From Promethearchaeota archaeon (lineage in GTDB: Archaea; Asgardarchaeota; Thorarchaeia; Thorarchaeales; Thorarchaeaceae): 64,000 nucleotides of DNA. The notes under the pieces were generated by a model that worked only from the letters and a program-made list of their open reading frames with translations, had not been told where the DNA came from and did no database searches. Where the stretch lies: the NCBI GenBank assembly GCA_048939765.1, contig JBHLPF010000018.1, forward strand, positions 1-64,000. The letters are read 5' to 3'. Positions 27,834-36,553 of this stretch are shown here, piece after piece. The first letter of the stretch is position 1. Every line of letters begins with the position of its first letter. The position numbers were made by a program, and so were the translations under genes.

Positions 27834-28646
27834 CTACTTGTGTTTGAACTTGGGTTCACGCTTCTCAAGAAATGCTGCGACACCCTCCCGAATATCTTGC
27901 GTATCAAATGTCTGACAAAAAGCATCAAGTTCATGCGCCAAGTGCTCATGGAGCGGCGTTTGCCAAGCATTGCTTATTGACTGATTTGCGAGTCCAACAG
28001 CAACTCCGGGTTTGCTCGCAATTGCTGTGGCAAGATCTCTAGTACGCTCCCTGAGTATTTCTACTGAATCAAATACCTCATTCACTAGTCCTATTCTGAG
28101 TGCCTCTTCTGCCGGGATCATCCCTCCGGTCAGGATAAGTTCTTTGGCGATTCCAAGGCCAACGATTCTAGGAAGACGTGCAGTACCACCATTACCCGGC
28201 AATGTTCCCAAGTTTATCTCGGGAAGGCCAAATCTAGCATTTGCAGAGGCGTATCTGATGTCACATGCCATTGCAAGCTCACATCCCCCTCCGAGAGCAT
28301 ATCCATTCACTGCCGCGATTACTGGTTTCCTCATGGAGTCAATAAATCGGGAAATGTCACGGCTGGCCTCAACAACAGGTCGGATAGTCTTCGAGTCCTT
28401 GCCGACGAAGTCATTGATGTCCGCACCAGAAATGAAGGCTTTCTCGCCTATGCCAGTGAGAATGACCGCTCTCACAGAGGGGTCATCTTCAGCCCGTCTG
28501 AACAGTGTGCAGAGAGTCTTCTTGACCGACATGTTCAATGCATTGTACTTCTCCGGTCGATTCACAGTGATTGTGGCAACCGCCTCCGTTGTATCATAGA
28601 GAACTTCATCATCGGGCATTACAGCAATCCTCCAGAGAGAATTCAT
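27834..28646 (-). CDS. Enoyl-CoA hydratase (crotonase family)
   Basis: NRPEKYNAL, AFISGADI, AVNGYALGGGCELAMACD and PEINLG..PG.GGT.RLPR motifs. Confidence 0.95.
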   Translation of the reverse strand: MNSLWRIAVMPDDEVLYDTTEAVATITVNRPEKYNALNMSVKKTLCTLFRRAEDDPSVRAVILTGIGEKAFISGADINDFVGKDSKTIRPVVEASRDISRFIDSMRKPVIAAVNGYALGGGCELAMACDIRYASANARFGLPEINLGTLPGNGGTARLPRIVGLGIAKELILTGGMIPAEEALRIGLVNEVFDSVEILRERTRDLATAIASKPGVAVGLANQSISNAWQTPLHEHLAHELDAFCQTFDTQDIREGVAAFLEKREPKFKHK

Positions 28647-29770
28647 TGAAGCATTCTGGGGAGACTATAGCAATCGCCAAACTCACTGTGAAGCTTCTTC
28701 ATCTCTTCGCGGATCTTGTCGAGTCCTAGACGCTCGATTGTATCGAAAGGACCTTCTCTGTAATTGGTGCCAAGAATCATTGCTTTGTTGATGTCCTCCT
28801 TTGTGGCAATCTCCTCTTCGACCTCAATCATTGCTTCCCTCAGATAGGGGAGTATGATGCGCAGAGTGAGCCATTCTGGATCGACACCCTTTGGTTCTTC
28901 GCGCTCAGACTCCTTGCCCTCCCTATATTCATAGAAGCCACTACCAGTCTTTCTGCCGAGGGTACCAGCTTCTACAAGGCGTTTCAGAGTGTCAGGAGGT
29001 TTGAAACAATCACCCAATTCCTGATAGAGTGTAGTCGAAGTACCCATTGATACATCTAGACCAACAAAGTCTGATAGCTCGAATGGTCCCATCGGTACCC
29101 CATACACCTCCTTCAAAGCTGCATCGATTTCCCTAAGCGTTGCAATGCCCCTCTCATAAGTTAGAATGCATTCTCTACCTAGTTTTGCTCTTATCCTGTT
29201 GACAATAAACCCAGGACTGTCCTTCGCCTTCACCGTGGTTTTACCTTGCTTTTCACCTACTGCTATTGCAGTACTAGTCGTATCTTCACTGGTTTGATCC
29301 CCAATGACAATCTCAAGCAACTTCATCGCTGGGACAGGAGAGAAGTAATGCATCCCGACCACTTTCTCAGGTCTTCCTGTAACTTTGCCAAGCTCAGTTA
29401 TACTGAGGGATGATGTGTTAGATGCAAGAATTGTGCGTTGATCCGCAGCAGCATCCATTCTCCTGAACAAATCCCTCTTCACATCCATGTTCTCATAGAC
29501 CGCCTCGATGACTAAGTCAACATCACCTACTGCAGCTTCTGCACTTGTCGTAGTCCTCACACGTCCAAGGAGGCCTTCAGCATCCGAGTCCGTCAATTTG
29601 CCTCTTTTGACTCCTGACTCTACATAGGAGCGCAACCTATCCAGTCCTTTTCCCACAGCCTCATCGTCTATGTCCATCATCATCACATCATACCCAGATG
29701 CTGCGGAAACATAGGTGATTCCCGAGCCCATCAAGCCAGCGCCGACCACTGCAATCCTCTTTATACTCAA
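28643..29770 (-). CDS. 3-hydroxyacyl-CoA dehydrogenase (duplicated C-terminal domain)
   Basis: GAGLMGSGI, EAVYE, ASNTSSL, GMHYFSP, PGFIVNR and PMGPFEL motifs. Confidence 0.95.
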   Translation of the reverse strand: MSIKRIAVVGAGLMGSGITYVSAASGYDVMMMDIDDEAVGKGLDRLRSYVESGVKRGKLTDSDAEGLLGRVRTTTSAEAAVGDVDLVIEAVYENMDVKRDLFRRMDAAADQRTILASNTSSLSITELGKVTGRPEKVVGMHYFSPVPAMKLLEIVIGDQTSEDTTSTAIAVGEKQGKTTVKAKDSPGFIVNRIRAKLGRECILTYERGIATLREIDAALKEVYGVPMGPFELSDFVGLDVSMGTSTTLYQELGDCFKPPDTLKRLVEAGTLGRKTGSGFYEYREGKESEREEPKGVDPEWLTLRIILPYLREAMIEVEEEIATKEDINKAMILGTNYREGPFDTIERLGLDKIREEMKKLHSEFGDCYSLPRMLQ

Positions 29771-29772
29771 TT

Positions 29773-30543
29773 TCAGATCTCCTCCTTATTTCGAAAGGCC
29801 AGTCTCTTGTATGGATATCCCCACCGTTCATGATATAGTAGACTCTCAAGAGGGGGCCTGCTTGGTCCAAGTGGCCTTGCCGTTATTGGTACGCCAATGC
29901 AGAATGCGGTAAGAGGCGTCCAAGTAGGGGGAATTCCCAGTCTGTCGCGGATAAGCTGAGTGTGCCTAGCATCCGAACAGACAAGGGCTTCATAGCCACA
30001 GCCATAGCCCATTGCGGTTGCTACCATCCACATGTTTTGGACAGCCATTCCAGCTGTAACAGAGCCAAAGAGCTCGTTGGGATACAACTTGGTCGCATCA
30101 TTCCAGGCATCACTGGCACAGACTATAATGACAGCGTCGCTCTTCTCAGGATACCTGAATAACTCGCCCTCACGCAGTCGTGAATAGATGGCTGCTCTGA
30201 ATTCATCCGCCACGTACCAATTCCGTCCGCTTGTGAGTTCGAAAGGAGATGACCCGAAGACTTTCTGAGCGTTCTCCTGAGCGATATCGGATAGGAATTC
30301 CTTCATTTCCTGATCATCTCGAATTACTACAAGGCGGATTGATAGCATATTCTCAGGACTTGGTGCATGGCGAGCTGCTTCTAATATTAGCTCCAGGTGG
30401 TCATCGGGGATTCGTTGCCCTGTGAAGTGCCGAATCGACCTTCTTGTTCTTATATGCTTCAAAGCTTGAAGTCCGAGAGCTATTCTTGTATCCTCTCTAG
30501 ATTCAACAGAAGCTTTCTCTATTTCATCGGATTCGGTGGTCAT
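29773..30543 (-). CDS. Nitroreductase family flavoprotein
   Basis: RRSIRHF, AARHAPS..N and AVQNMWMVA.AMGYG motifs. Confidence 0.9.
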   Translation of the reverse strand: MTTESDEIEKASVESREDTRIALGLQALKHIRTRRSIRHFTGQRIPDDHLELILEAARHAPSPENMLSIRLVVIRDDQEMKEFLSDIAQENAQKVFGSSPFELTSGRNWYVADEFRAAIYSRLREGELFRYPEKSDAVIIVCASDAWNDATKLYPNELFGSVTAGMAVQNMWMVATAMGYGCGYEALVCSDARHTQLIRDRLGIPPTWTPLTAFCIGVPITARPLGPSRPPLESLLYHERWGYPYKRLAFRNKEEI

Positions 30544-30714
30544 TGTTGCCCCTCATTTCTTGAACAGCTAGTTGAGGACAACATCACAACTGGGAAATAA
30601 AGAGCTCTGTTTCAAACGACACTTATAGGCCTCCCAGTAAATGAAATAAGGGTCTGAAAGGAACCTCACTGCAGTCCTTGAGAGGAATCGCTAGGTAGTC
30701 CAAGGTGGCAACAA

Positions 30715-32682
30715 ATGGCAGACAAGAAGCTCTGGCTCGGCAACTATCTTGACAACGATGGTAAGAGAACGGATAAGAGATTCGAGATTTCTGTGGACCT
30801 ACTTCGCCGTCATGGGGGAATCTTTGGTTCGACAGGGTCGGGAAAGACAGTTCTAAGCAAGGTAATCCTCGAGGAGGCAGCTCTCGAGGGAATTCCAGTC
30901 ATCGCATTTGACCCACAGGGCGATATTGCATCACTGATGCTGCCCGGAGATCCTAAGCAGCTGAATGAGAAAGGAGTTCCAGATAGCTTGCTAAAGGAGT
31001 ATATGGATAAGGTAATTGTGCGAGTCTACACTCCCGCAAGTAGCAAGGGTCTGGCTATCTCAATCAATCCATTGAAGCTGCCAGATTCGAAAGCCGACCA
31101 AGATGACATTATTCGGCTTTTAGATAATTGCTCAAGAACTTTGACAAAGGTGCTAACCAAAGTCGGGGGTCTCTCTCGTTCTTGGGAGGGCAAGTCTTTT
31201 GCTGTGCTTTACGAGCTTCTCCGGACAATCTGGGAGAGCGGAAGAGATGTTGAAGATCTAAAAGAACTGGCAGATCTCCTGACTGCTCCGACTGAAGAAA
31301 TAGGAATTGATTTGGAGCCATATATGAAGTTCACTGAGAGACAGACGCTGGCTACAAGAATCAGAACATTGACAGTTGGTTCATCGCAGCTTCTATTCAA
31401 AGAAGAAGGGCAAATTGATTTCGACCACCTTACCAAGAAAGTAGATGGTAAGACACCAATCAACGTAATTTTCCTGAAGACACTCAGAAGCGAGGAAGAG
31501 AAACACTTCTTCATCTCGATAGTCCTGAACCAGCTCTACTCTTGGATGCTACGTCAAGGATTCACTGATGACCCCAGAATGATTCTGTTCCAGGACGAGG
31601 CGGCACCGTTCATTCCCGCGGGCATGCGTGCACCTGGCCCAAAAGAAACCTTCCTGCTCCTGTTTAGACAGGCCAGAAAGTATGGAGTTGAATGCCTGAT
31701 TGCTACGCAGAGTCCAAAAGATATTGACTACAAAGCCTTTGAGCAGTTCAACTCAATTGCCTCAGGGAGAATCAGTAGTGAACAGTCGCTAAAGGTTTTG
31801 GAGAGAATCCTAGAGCCAATCGCTGGTGAAAAGGAATCTGAAGAGATTATAGGCGCCTTGCCTGGTCAACAGACTGCGAATTTCATCTTCTCCTCTGCGG
31901 ACCACAAACCAAAGGTCAATCATATTGGTGTTAGATGGCTTCTCACAAAGCATATCACTCTCACAGAGAAAGATGTTCAGAAACACATGTCGGTCTTGAG
32001 GGAAGAACAGGAGAAGGTCTTGAAGAAGCTCGAGCAGGAGCGGCTCGCCAGAGAAGAGGAAGAGCGAAAGGAGCGAGAGAAAAAGGCTGCTGAAAGAAAA
32101 GCTGAACAAGAAAGAAAACGCAAGGAAGCCGAGAAGGCCAAGGCAGAAGCTGAACGTCTGAAGAAGGAAGAGGAAGAGCGGAAACGTCTGGAACAGGAGT
32201 TGGCTGCCAAGAAGGCCAAGTTCAAGAGCGCCAAGAATGATGAGAAGGTGTTTGACACAAGAGGACAAGCGGGAATGGTTTCGTATGAGGACCTCATGAA
32301 CGGATTTGTGGCGAAAATCGAAAAGGTTGCCAAGACTGCATTTGGCCTGCCATTCCTCAAAGAGCTGGTCAAGGTAGGCGAGTTGAACTATGAGAAGGCG
32401 CTGACCTATTACCTCAAAGAAACCAGGGCTGCAATCAAACAAGGTCTGGCAAGGAAGCTCAAGAAAGAAGTCACGAAGCGTGGCAAGACAAAGAAAATCG
32501 AATTCATCATCTACGACTTTGATTTCGTGATGATGCAGGTTATAAAAGCCATGGGCATCAAACAGCCAGAATACGTTGATGAGGCACGCCTTAAGAAGAG
32601 ATTCGAAGAGATCGTGAAGAAAGCATCCAAGACTAGCCTGCTTGAGCGAATCGTCTTAGGAGAGCCGTTCCTACAGTTCTAG
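30715..32682 (+). CDS. HerA/FtsK-superfamily ATPase (DUF87/DUF853-like) with a charged helical linker and C-terminal domain
   Basis: RHGGIFGSTGSGKT, FDPQGD, FQDEA and ARKYGV...ATQSP motifs; E/K/R-rich stretch at about 32000-32220. Confidence 0.85.
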   Translation: MADKKLWLGNYLDNDGKRTDKRFEISVDLLRRHGGIFGSTGSGKTVLSKVILEEAALEGIPVIAFDPQGDIASLMLPGDPKQLNEKGVPDSLLKEYMDKVIVRVYTPASSKGLAISINPLKLPDSKADQDDIIRLLDNCSRTLTKVLTKVGGLSRSWEGKSFAVLYELLRTIWESGRDVEDLKELADLLTAPTEEIGIDLEPYMKFTERQTLATRIRTLTVGSSQLLFKEEGQIDFDHLTKKVDGKTPINVIFLKTLRSEEEKHFFISIVLNQLYSWMLRQGFTDDPRMILFQDEAAPFIPAGMRAPGPKETFLLLFRQARKYGVECLIATQSPKDIDYKAFEQFNSIASGRISSEQSLKVLERILEPIAGEKESEEIIGALPGQQTANFIFSSADHKPKVNHIGVRWLLTKHITLTEKDVQKHMSVLREEQEKVLKKLEQERLAREEEERKEREKKAAERKAEQERKRKEAEKAKAEAERLKKEEEERKRLEQELAAKKAKFKSAKNDEKVFDTRGQAGMVSYEDLMNGFVAKIEKVAKTAFGLPFLKELVKVGELNYEKALTYYLKETRAAIKQGLARKLKKEVTKRGKTKKIEFIIYDFDFVMMQVIKAMGIKQPEYVDEARLKKRFEEIVKKASKTSLLERIVLGEPFLQF

Positions 32683-32694
32683 GTGCAGTTCGAC

Positions 32695-33447
32695 TCATTC
32701 AATTCTGAAGATGCGATGGTCAACCATAGAGCAATCGACCCAGCGGTCAATCAAATCTAGTGTAGTTTTGATTGCCGACTCCATTATTTGCTTTGTAACA
32801 GCTTGAGCACCATAGACAAGAAGGAGGACATCTTTGGTCTCAGGAGCAACTTTGGTTAGTTCCGAATCATGCGTCGCATACCCGAAACAGATTATTTTCT
32901 CATCGTCAGCAAGAACAATCTCTCTTCCTCGACACTGAATAGATTTGCCACCTATTCTAACAAACTCCTCACCCTTCCTGGCTGTCCTGACTCTCAACGC
33001 CCCTTCTCGCTTTGCATCATCGACAAGCCCGATTGGGAGCTTATGATAAGCTGACGCCAAATTCGCCACATCAACCAAATCGGAGATTCTCCAGAGATTC
33101 AACCCGCGCAGAATACGTCGCCTTAATGCTTCACTAGAAACACGCAGCTTCGTTGGATCCATGCCGAATGTCCAATAGAGGTCTCTATAGGATCGAAACA
33201 GGGCGTCGTCCTTCATGCTTTCCAGGTCATCCTGAGATCGAATCTCATTGAAGATATCCTGTTCATAGACCTCAAACTCCTTGCTGGATTTTCCAAGCTT
33301 TAGGTTGCTCAGCTTTGCCATCCAGACGCTGAGCTCATCTCGATCAACCTCAAAACTTAGTCTGGGTAGGAGGCTCATGCTCACCGAAATCAGAAAAGCT
33401 TCTGCGTCCTTTGAGTCTTGCGTGTAATTGGACGCCCCGGAAGCCAC
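32695..33447 (-). CDS. Stand-alone B3/4 (PheRS-beta editing-like) domain protein
   Basis: YRDLY..FGMDPTK.R.SSEAL.RR, LVD..N..S and LPIG..D motifs. Confidence 0.88.
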   Translation of the reverse strand: MASGASNYTQDSKDAEAFLISVSMSLLPRLSFEVDRDELSVWMAKLSNLKLGKSSKEFEVYEQDIFNEIRSQDDLESMKDDALFRSYRDLYWTFGMDPTKLRVSSEALRRRILRGLNLWRISDLVDVANLASAYHKLPIGLVDDAKREGALRVRTARKGEEFVRIGGKSIQCRGREIVLADDEKIICFGYATHDSELTKVAPETKDVLLLVYGAQAVTKQIMESAIKTTLDLIDRWVDCSMVDHRIFRIE

Positions 33448-33501
33448 AAACCTTATGCCTCAAATCCTCTTTCGCACTACATAGCGAGATGAATTGATAC
33501 G

Positions 33502-34143
33502 ATGGAGCCCACCATAATCAGATCCAAGTATGTCTACAAAATATGCATCATTGGAGCTGAAAGCGTAGGAAAGACTAGCACTGTGAATCGATGGGCTCAT
33601 GGTTGGTTCAGACATGACTACAAATCAACAGTCGGGGTCCAGCATTCTAGTCGCACGCTAGCCTTGGGGAAGGGCAAGAATAAAGCGACAATAAAGCTGA
33701 TTCTATGGGACATGGCAGGCCAAGATGTCTTCAAAGAATTACGCAAGTCGTTCTATGATGGGGCTACGGGGCTCGTACTCATGTGCGACATCACTCAAAA
33801 GCGAACCTTCAATCAATTGCCAAAATGGCTCAACGAAGCAGATGAGAATATTGGCGGAAGAGTCCCAGTAGTGGTTGTCGCCAATAAGGTGGACAAGAAA
33901 CCGCATCGTGTTAAGGAGGAGGACATAAGCAAATATGCCAAGAGGATAAAAGGCCCCTATGTTCTCACAAGTGCCCTCGACGGTTCGAATATCACGGATC
34001 TTTTTGAAATCGCTGGCAGGATGGTTCATGAGGAAGCTCAAGGCATAGTTCCAAAGATGCATGATTGGTCTAAAGAATTAGTGAAAAAGACGGTAGCAAA
34101 GAAGTCAAAATCCTCAAAGAGAAGGAGTTCAAAGAAGAAGTAG
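33502..34143 (+). CDS. Rab/Ras-superfamily small GTPase with a polybasic C-terminal tail
   Basis: G1 GAESVGKT, G2 YKSTVG, G3 WDMAGQ, G4 NKVD, G5 TSALDG; RabF-like KLILW and FY.GA.G. Confidence 0.92.
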   Translation: MEPTIIRSKYVYKICIIGAESVGKTSTVNRWAHGWFRHDYKSTVGVQHSSRTLALGKGKNKATIKLILWDMAGQDVFKELRKSFYDGATGLVLMCDITQKRTFNQLPKWLNEADENIGGRVPVVVVANKVDKKPHRVKEEDISKYAKRIKGPYVLTSALDGSNITDLFEIAGRMVHEEAQGIVPKMHDWSKELVKKTVAKKSKSSKRRSSKKK

Positions 34144-34144
34144 T

Positions 34145-34960
34145 CTACAAGAACTTGATGACATCTTCCAGGCTGTCTACTTCAATATCGGGCTTCTGGT
34201 CATACCCTTGGGAATCAAATTGAACAACATCATCCGGATTGCGCTTCACAAGAATTGTGGTCATTCCAGCGGCATTGCCACCTGCTACGTCTGAAGCTGG
34301 ATTATCACCCACCATCACGGCTTCATCGGCTTTAAAGCCAAGGATGGTCATCGTTTCTGTGAATATCTCAGGCAATGGCTTTCCAACAACAACGGAGGTG
34401 ACACCAGTGGCATGTTCAATGGCTGCTACAATCGACAGCTCTCCAATATAGACATCCTCGGTTCCAAGATAGACGCCCCCATAATCGTAACTGCCACTGA
34501 TGCAGATGAGTTGTGCACCTTCTCGAACCATCTTCGTTGCAAAGTTGAGTTCTGCATAAGTGAGACCTCGATCTGCTGCGACAGCCACAAATTCAATTGG
34601 CGGATTGTTGGTCACATTCAGACCTCTTGCCACGAAGTCCTCGGTGGCTCCACCCTCGCTGATTACGAAACATCGCGCACCAGGTGACCGATTATGTACG
34701 TAAGCCGCTGCTGCTGCGCCAGCGCTGAAGGTCTTCTCGAGCTCAATCCCAAATCCGACTGAATCCAATACATCGTGAATCTGTCGAGAAGATTGACGCC
34801 CTACATTTGTGAGGATGGCAATCGTCTTTCGTTTTTCCCTTAAGGCATTCCAAAGACTCAATGCATCTTCGAAGACTTCGGGATGGTCGATATCCCGAAT
34901 GAGGGTATTGTCCACATCAAATAGCCATAGATTCTTCTCACGAATATTCATCCTGGACAC
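34145..34960 (-). CDS. HAD-IIA (NagD-like) phosphatase
   Basis: FDVDNTL, LTN, VGKP and MVGDNPASDVAGG motifs. Confidence 0.92.
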   Translation of the reverse strand: MSRMNIREKNLWLFDVDNTLIRDIDHPEVFEDALSLWNALREKRKTIAILTNVGRQSSRQIHDVLDSVGFGIELEKTFSAGAAAAAYVHNRSPGARCFVISEGGATEDFVARGLNVTNNPPIEFVAVAADRGLTYAELNFATKMVREGAQLICISGSYDYGGVYLGTEDVYIGELSIVAAIEHATGVTSVVVGKPLPEIFTETMTILGFKADEAVMVGDNPASDVAGGNAAGMTTILVKRNPDDVVQFDSQGYDQKPDIEVDSLEDVIKFL

Positions 34961-35015
34961 ATCAACTGTTTCAATTAGCCAGTAAAAGAATGTGACTCAT
35001 AGGCTCAACAGCCTT

Positions 35016-35366
35016 CTATTTTTCATCTCGCAATGGAATAACACAGATGAAACTGAATACCTCTGTTCCCTGTGTGTTATCATAGCCATGAGGATGATTT
35101 GGCGGAATGAAGACCACATCGTCTTTCTTCGCCACATCTTTGTTGCTTTCTCCCAACACTTTGGCTTCCCCACTCAGAATGAATATCTCATGTTCTTCAC
35201 CATGAGAGTGAATTGGGATTATGCCTCCAGGCTGCATCTCAAAGAGTCTCATAGCATATGTCCTAGCACCTGTACGTTTCCCAATTAGCCAACGCATCGT
35301 TGTGTTGGTAACTCCCGGCAATGGAACTTCAGTTTGTTCACGTTCTTCATAATTCACAACGTACAA
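35016..35366 (-). CDS. Cupin domain protein
   Basis: PGG.IP.HSH..EHEIFILSG and IPPNHPHGY motifs. Confidence 0.9.
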   Translation of the reverse strand: MYVVNYEEREQTEVPLPGVTNTTMRWLIGKRTGARTYAMRLFEMQPGGIIPIHSHGEEHEIFILSGEAKVLGESNKDVAKKDDVVFIPPNHPHGYDNTQGTEVFSFICVIPLRDEK

Positions 35367-35536
35367 TAGTTGCAGCCTCCAGAAAGATGCGGTTATTAGA
35401 GTGTCTGAGCAAATTGTCCTATAAAGGTCTTAAGTTAGGTACTGCTTTCACTTGCACCACAGAAAGCTTAATGTGATGAGCCCTTCAATCACCACCATAC
35501 CGACGATAATCCCGAACGACCAATATAGCAGAAGGG

Positions 35537-36064
35537 ATGCGAATGAGTGACGATGATACGTATGTTAGAGCCAAGCTAACTGAAATCAATGGAGCAATCG
35601 ATAGGCTCACACAGATGCTTAACAGAATGATCGATGTCCTCTCCAAAATAACGGAGGTCCAGGACTCCAACTCCGAGATTTCGCTAGCAGTTGCATCCAA
35701 TAGTGAAAAGCTCGACGAACTCTTGGCAAAGATAGAGAATGTATCCGCTTCTGGTCTGGCGAGACCCGCAGAAGCTGCAACCCTTCAACAGAAAGGAGCT
35801 GTTTCAAGTCTGCACGCAGTACTTGATACTCTGGATTCGCAGGTTCGAGAAGGAGTCATTGCCAGCGACTTGTCTATCAAAATAGCTCAAGCAGCAAGCA
35901 CTCTCGAGCAAAGAGGTGGACTAGGCCAGCTTGTTGTGAAAATGCAGAGATGGGTGAGAATCCTAAAGACATACGGGAGAGTTGATCCTATCAATCCATC
36001 CGACGTTCAGAAACTCAGGAATGACCTCAAGGACTGGCAAAAGGAAGTGGCTAAAGTACGATGA
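35537..36064 (+). CDS. Coiled-coil protein with a C-terminal helical bundle (possible Vps28-CTD-like)
   Basis: Heptad N-terminus; C-terminal K.xxW...L......D.I....V..L..DL pattern. Confidence 0.55.
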   Translation: MRMSDDDTYVRAKLTEINGAIDRLTQMLNRMIDVLSKITEVQDSNSEISLAVASNSEKLDELLAKIENVSASGLARPAEAATLQQKGAVSSLHAVLDTLDSQVREGVIASDLSIKIAQAASTLEQRGGLGQLVVKMQRWVRILKTYGRVDPINPSDVQKLRNDLKDWQKEVAKVR

Positions 36065-36177
36065 AATGCGCATTTTGAGATGCGCGCGCTTCCAGAACTA
36101 CAGCTTTATCACCCTTTAAAAGTGGACCAAATCTGGTGAATACTTAATAGCAGTCCCCACGAGATTGAACTATCCCT

Positions 36178-36543
36178 TTGCCGGGAATAAAGGGGTGCGA
36201 ATTGATGTTGCCTAACGACTGGGAAAACAGCGTAAGAAAAAGCATTGAACAGTTCCCTGAACCGCACAGAGAGAAGATACTGGCGGCCTGGTATGAATGG
36301 CTCCAGACAAATCCTGAAGCACCTTTTTACCAGAGCTGGTCTGAGTATTCAACCAGAATTGATGACCAAGAAGCGCTCTACACAGAAACTAGAGTCTATC
36401 TCAAACGGGTCACAAATGAGCTTCGAGATTTTGAAGTCCCATTGACTAACTGGCAAAAGGTAGCAAAGGCATTGGCAGCTGTGGCCAGTGTTTTTTTGGT
36501 GATATTTCTAGCCCTTTCAAGAGTGATGCGCGGAGCCGAGTGA
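36178..36543 (+). CDS. Hypothetical tail-anchored membrane protein
   Basis: Soluble helical N-terminus and a single C-terminal TM (ALAAVASVFLVIFLAL). Likely start 36205. Confidence 0.7.
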   Translation: MPGIKGCELMLPNDWENSVRKSIEQFPEPHREKILAAWYEWLQTNPEAPFYQSWSEYSTRIDDQEALYTETRVYLKRVTNELRDFEVPLTNWQKVAKALAAVASVFLVIFLALSRVMRGAE

Positions 36544-36553
36544 GCAGACGAAA

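Noticed and set aside
31810-32442. Long antisense ORFs (210 and 131 aa) opposite the HerA gene
   Set aside because: These are shadows of the GAA/AAG-rich low-complexity coding strand.
30715-32682. HerA-based anti-phage system or conjugative VirB4/VirD4
   Set aside because: No adjacent nuclease, Sir2, relaxase or mating-pair genes; the flanks are housekeeping genes.
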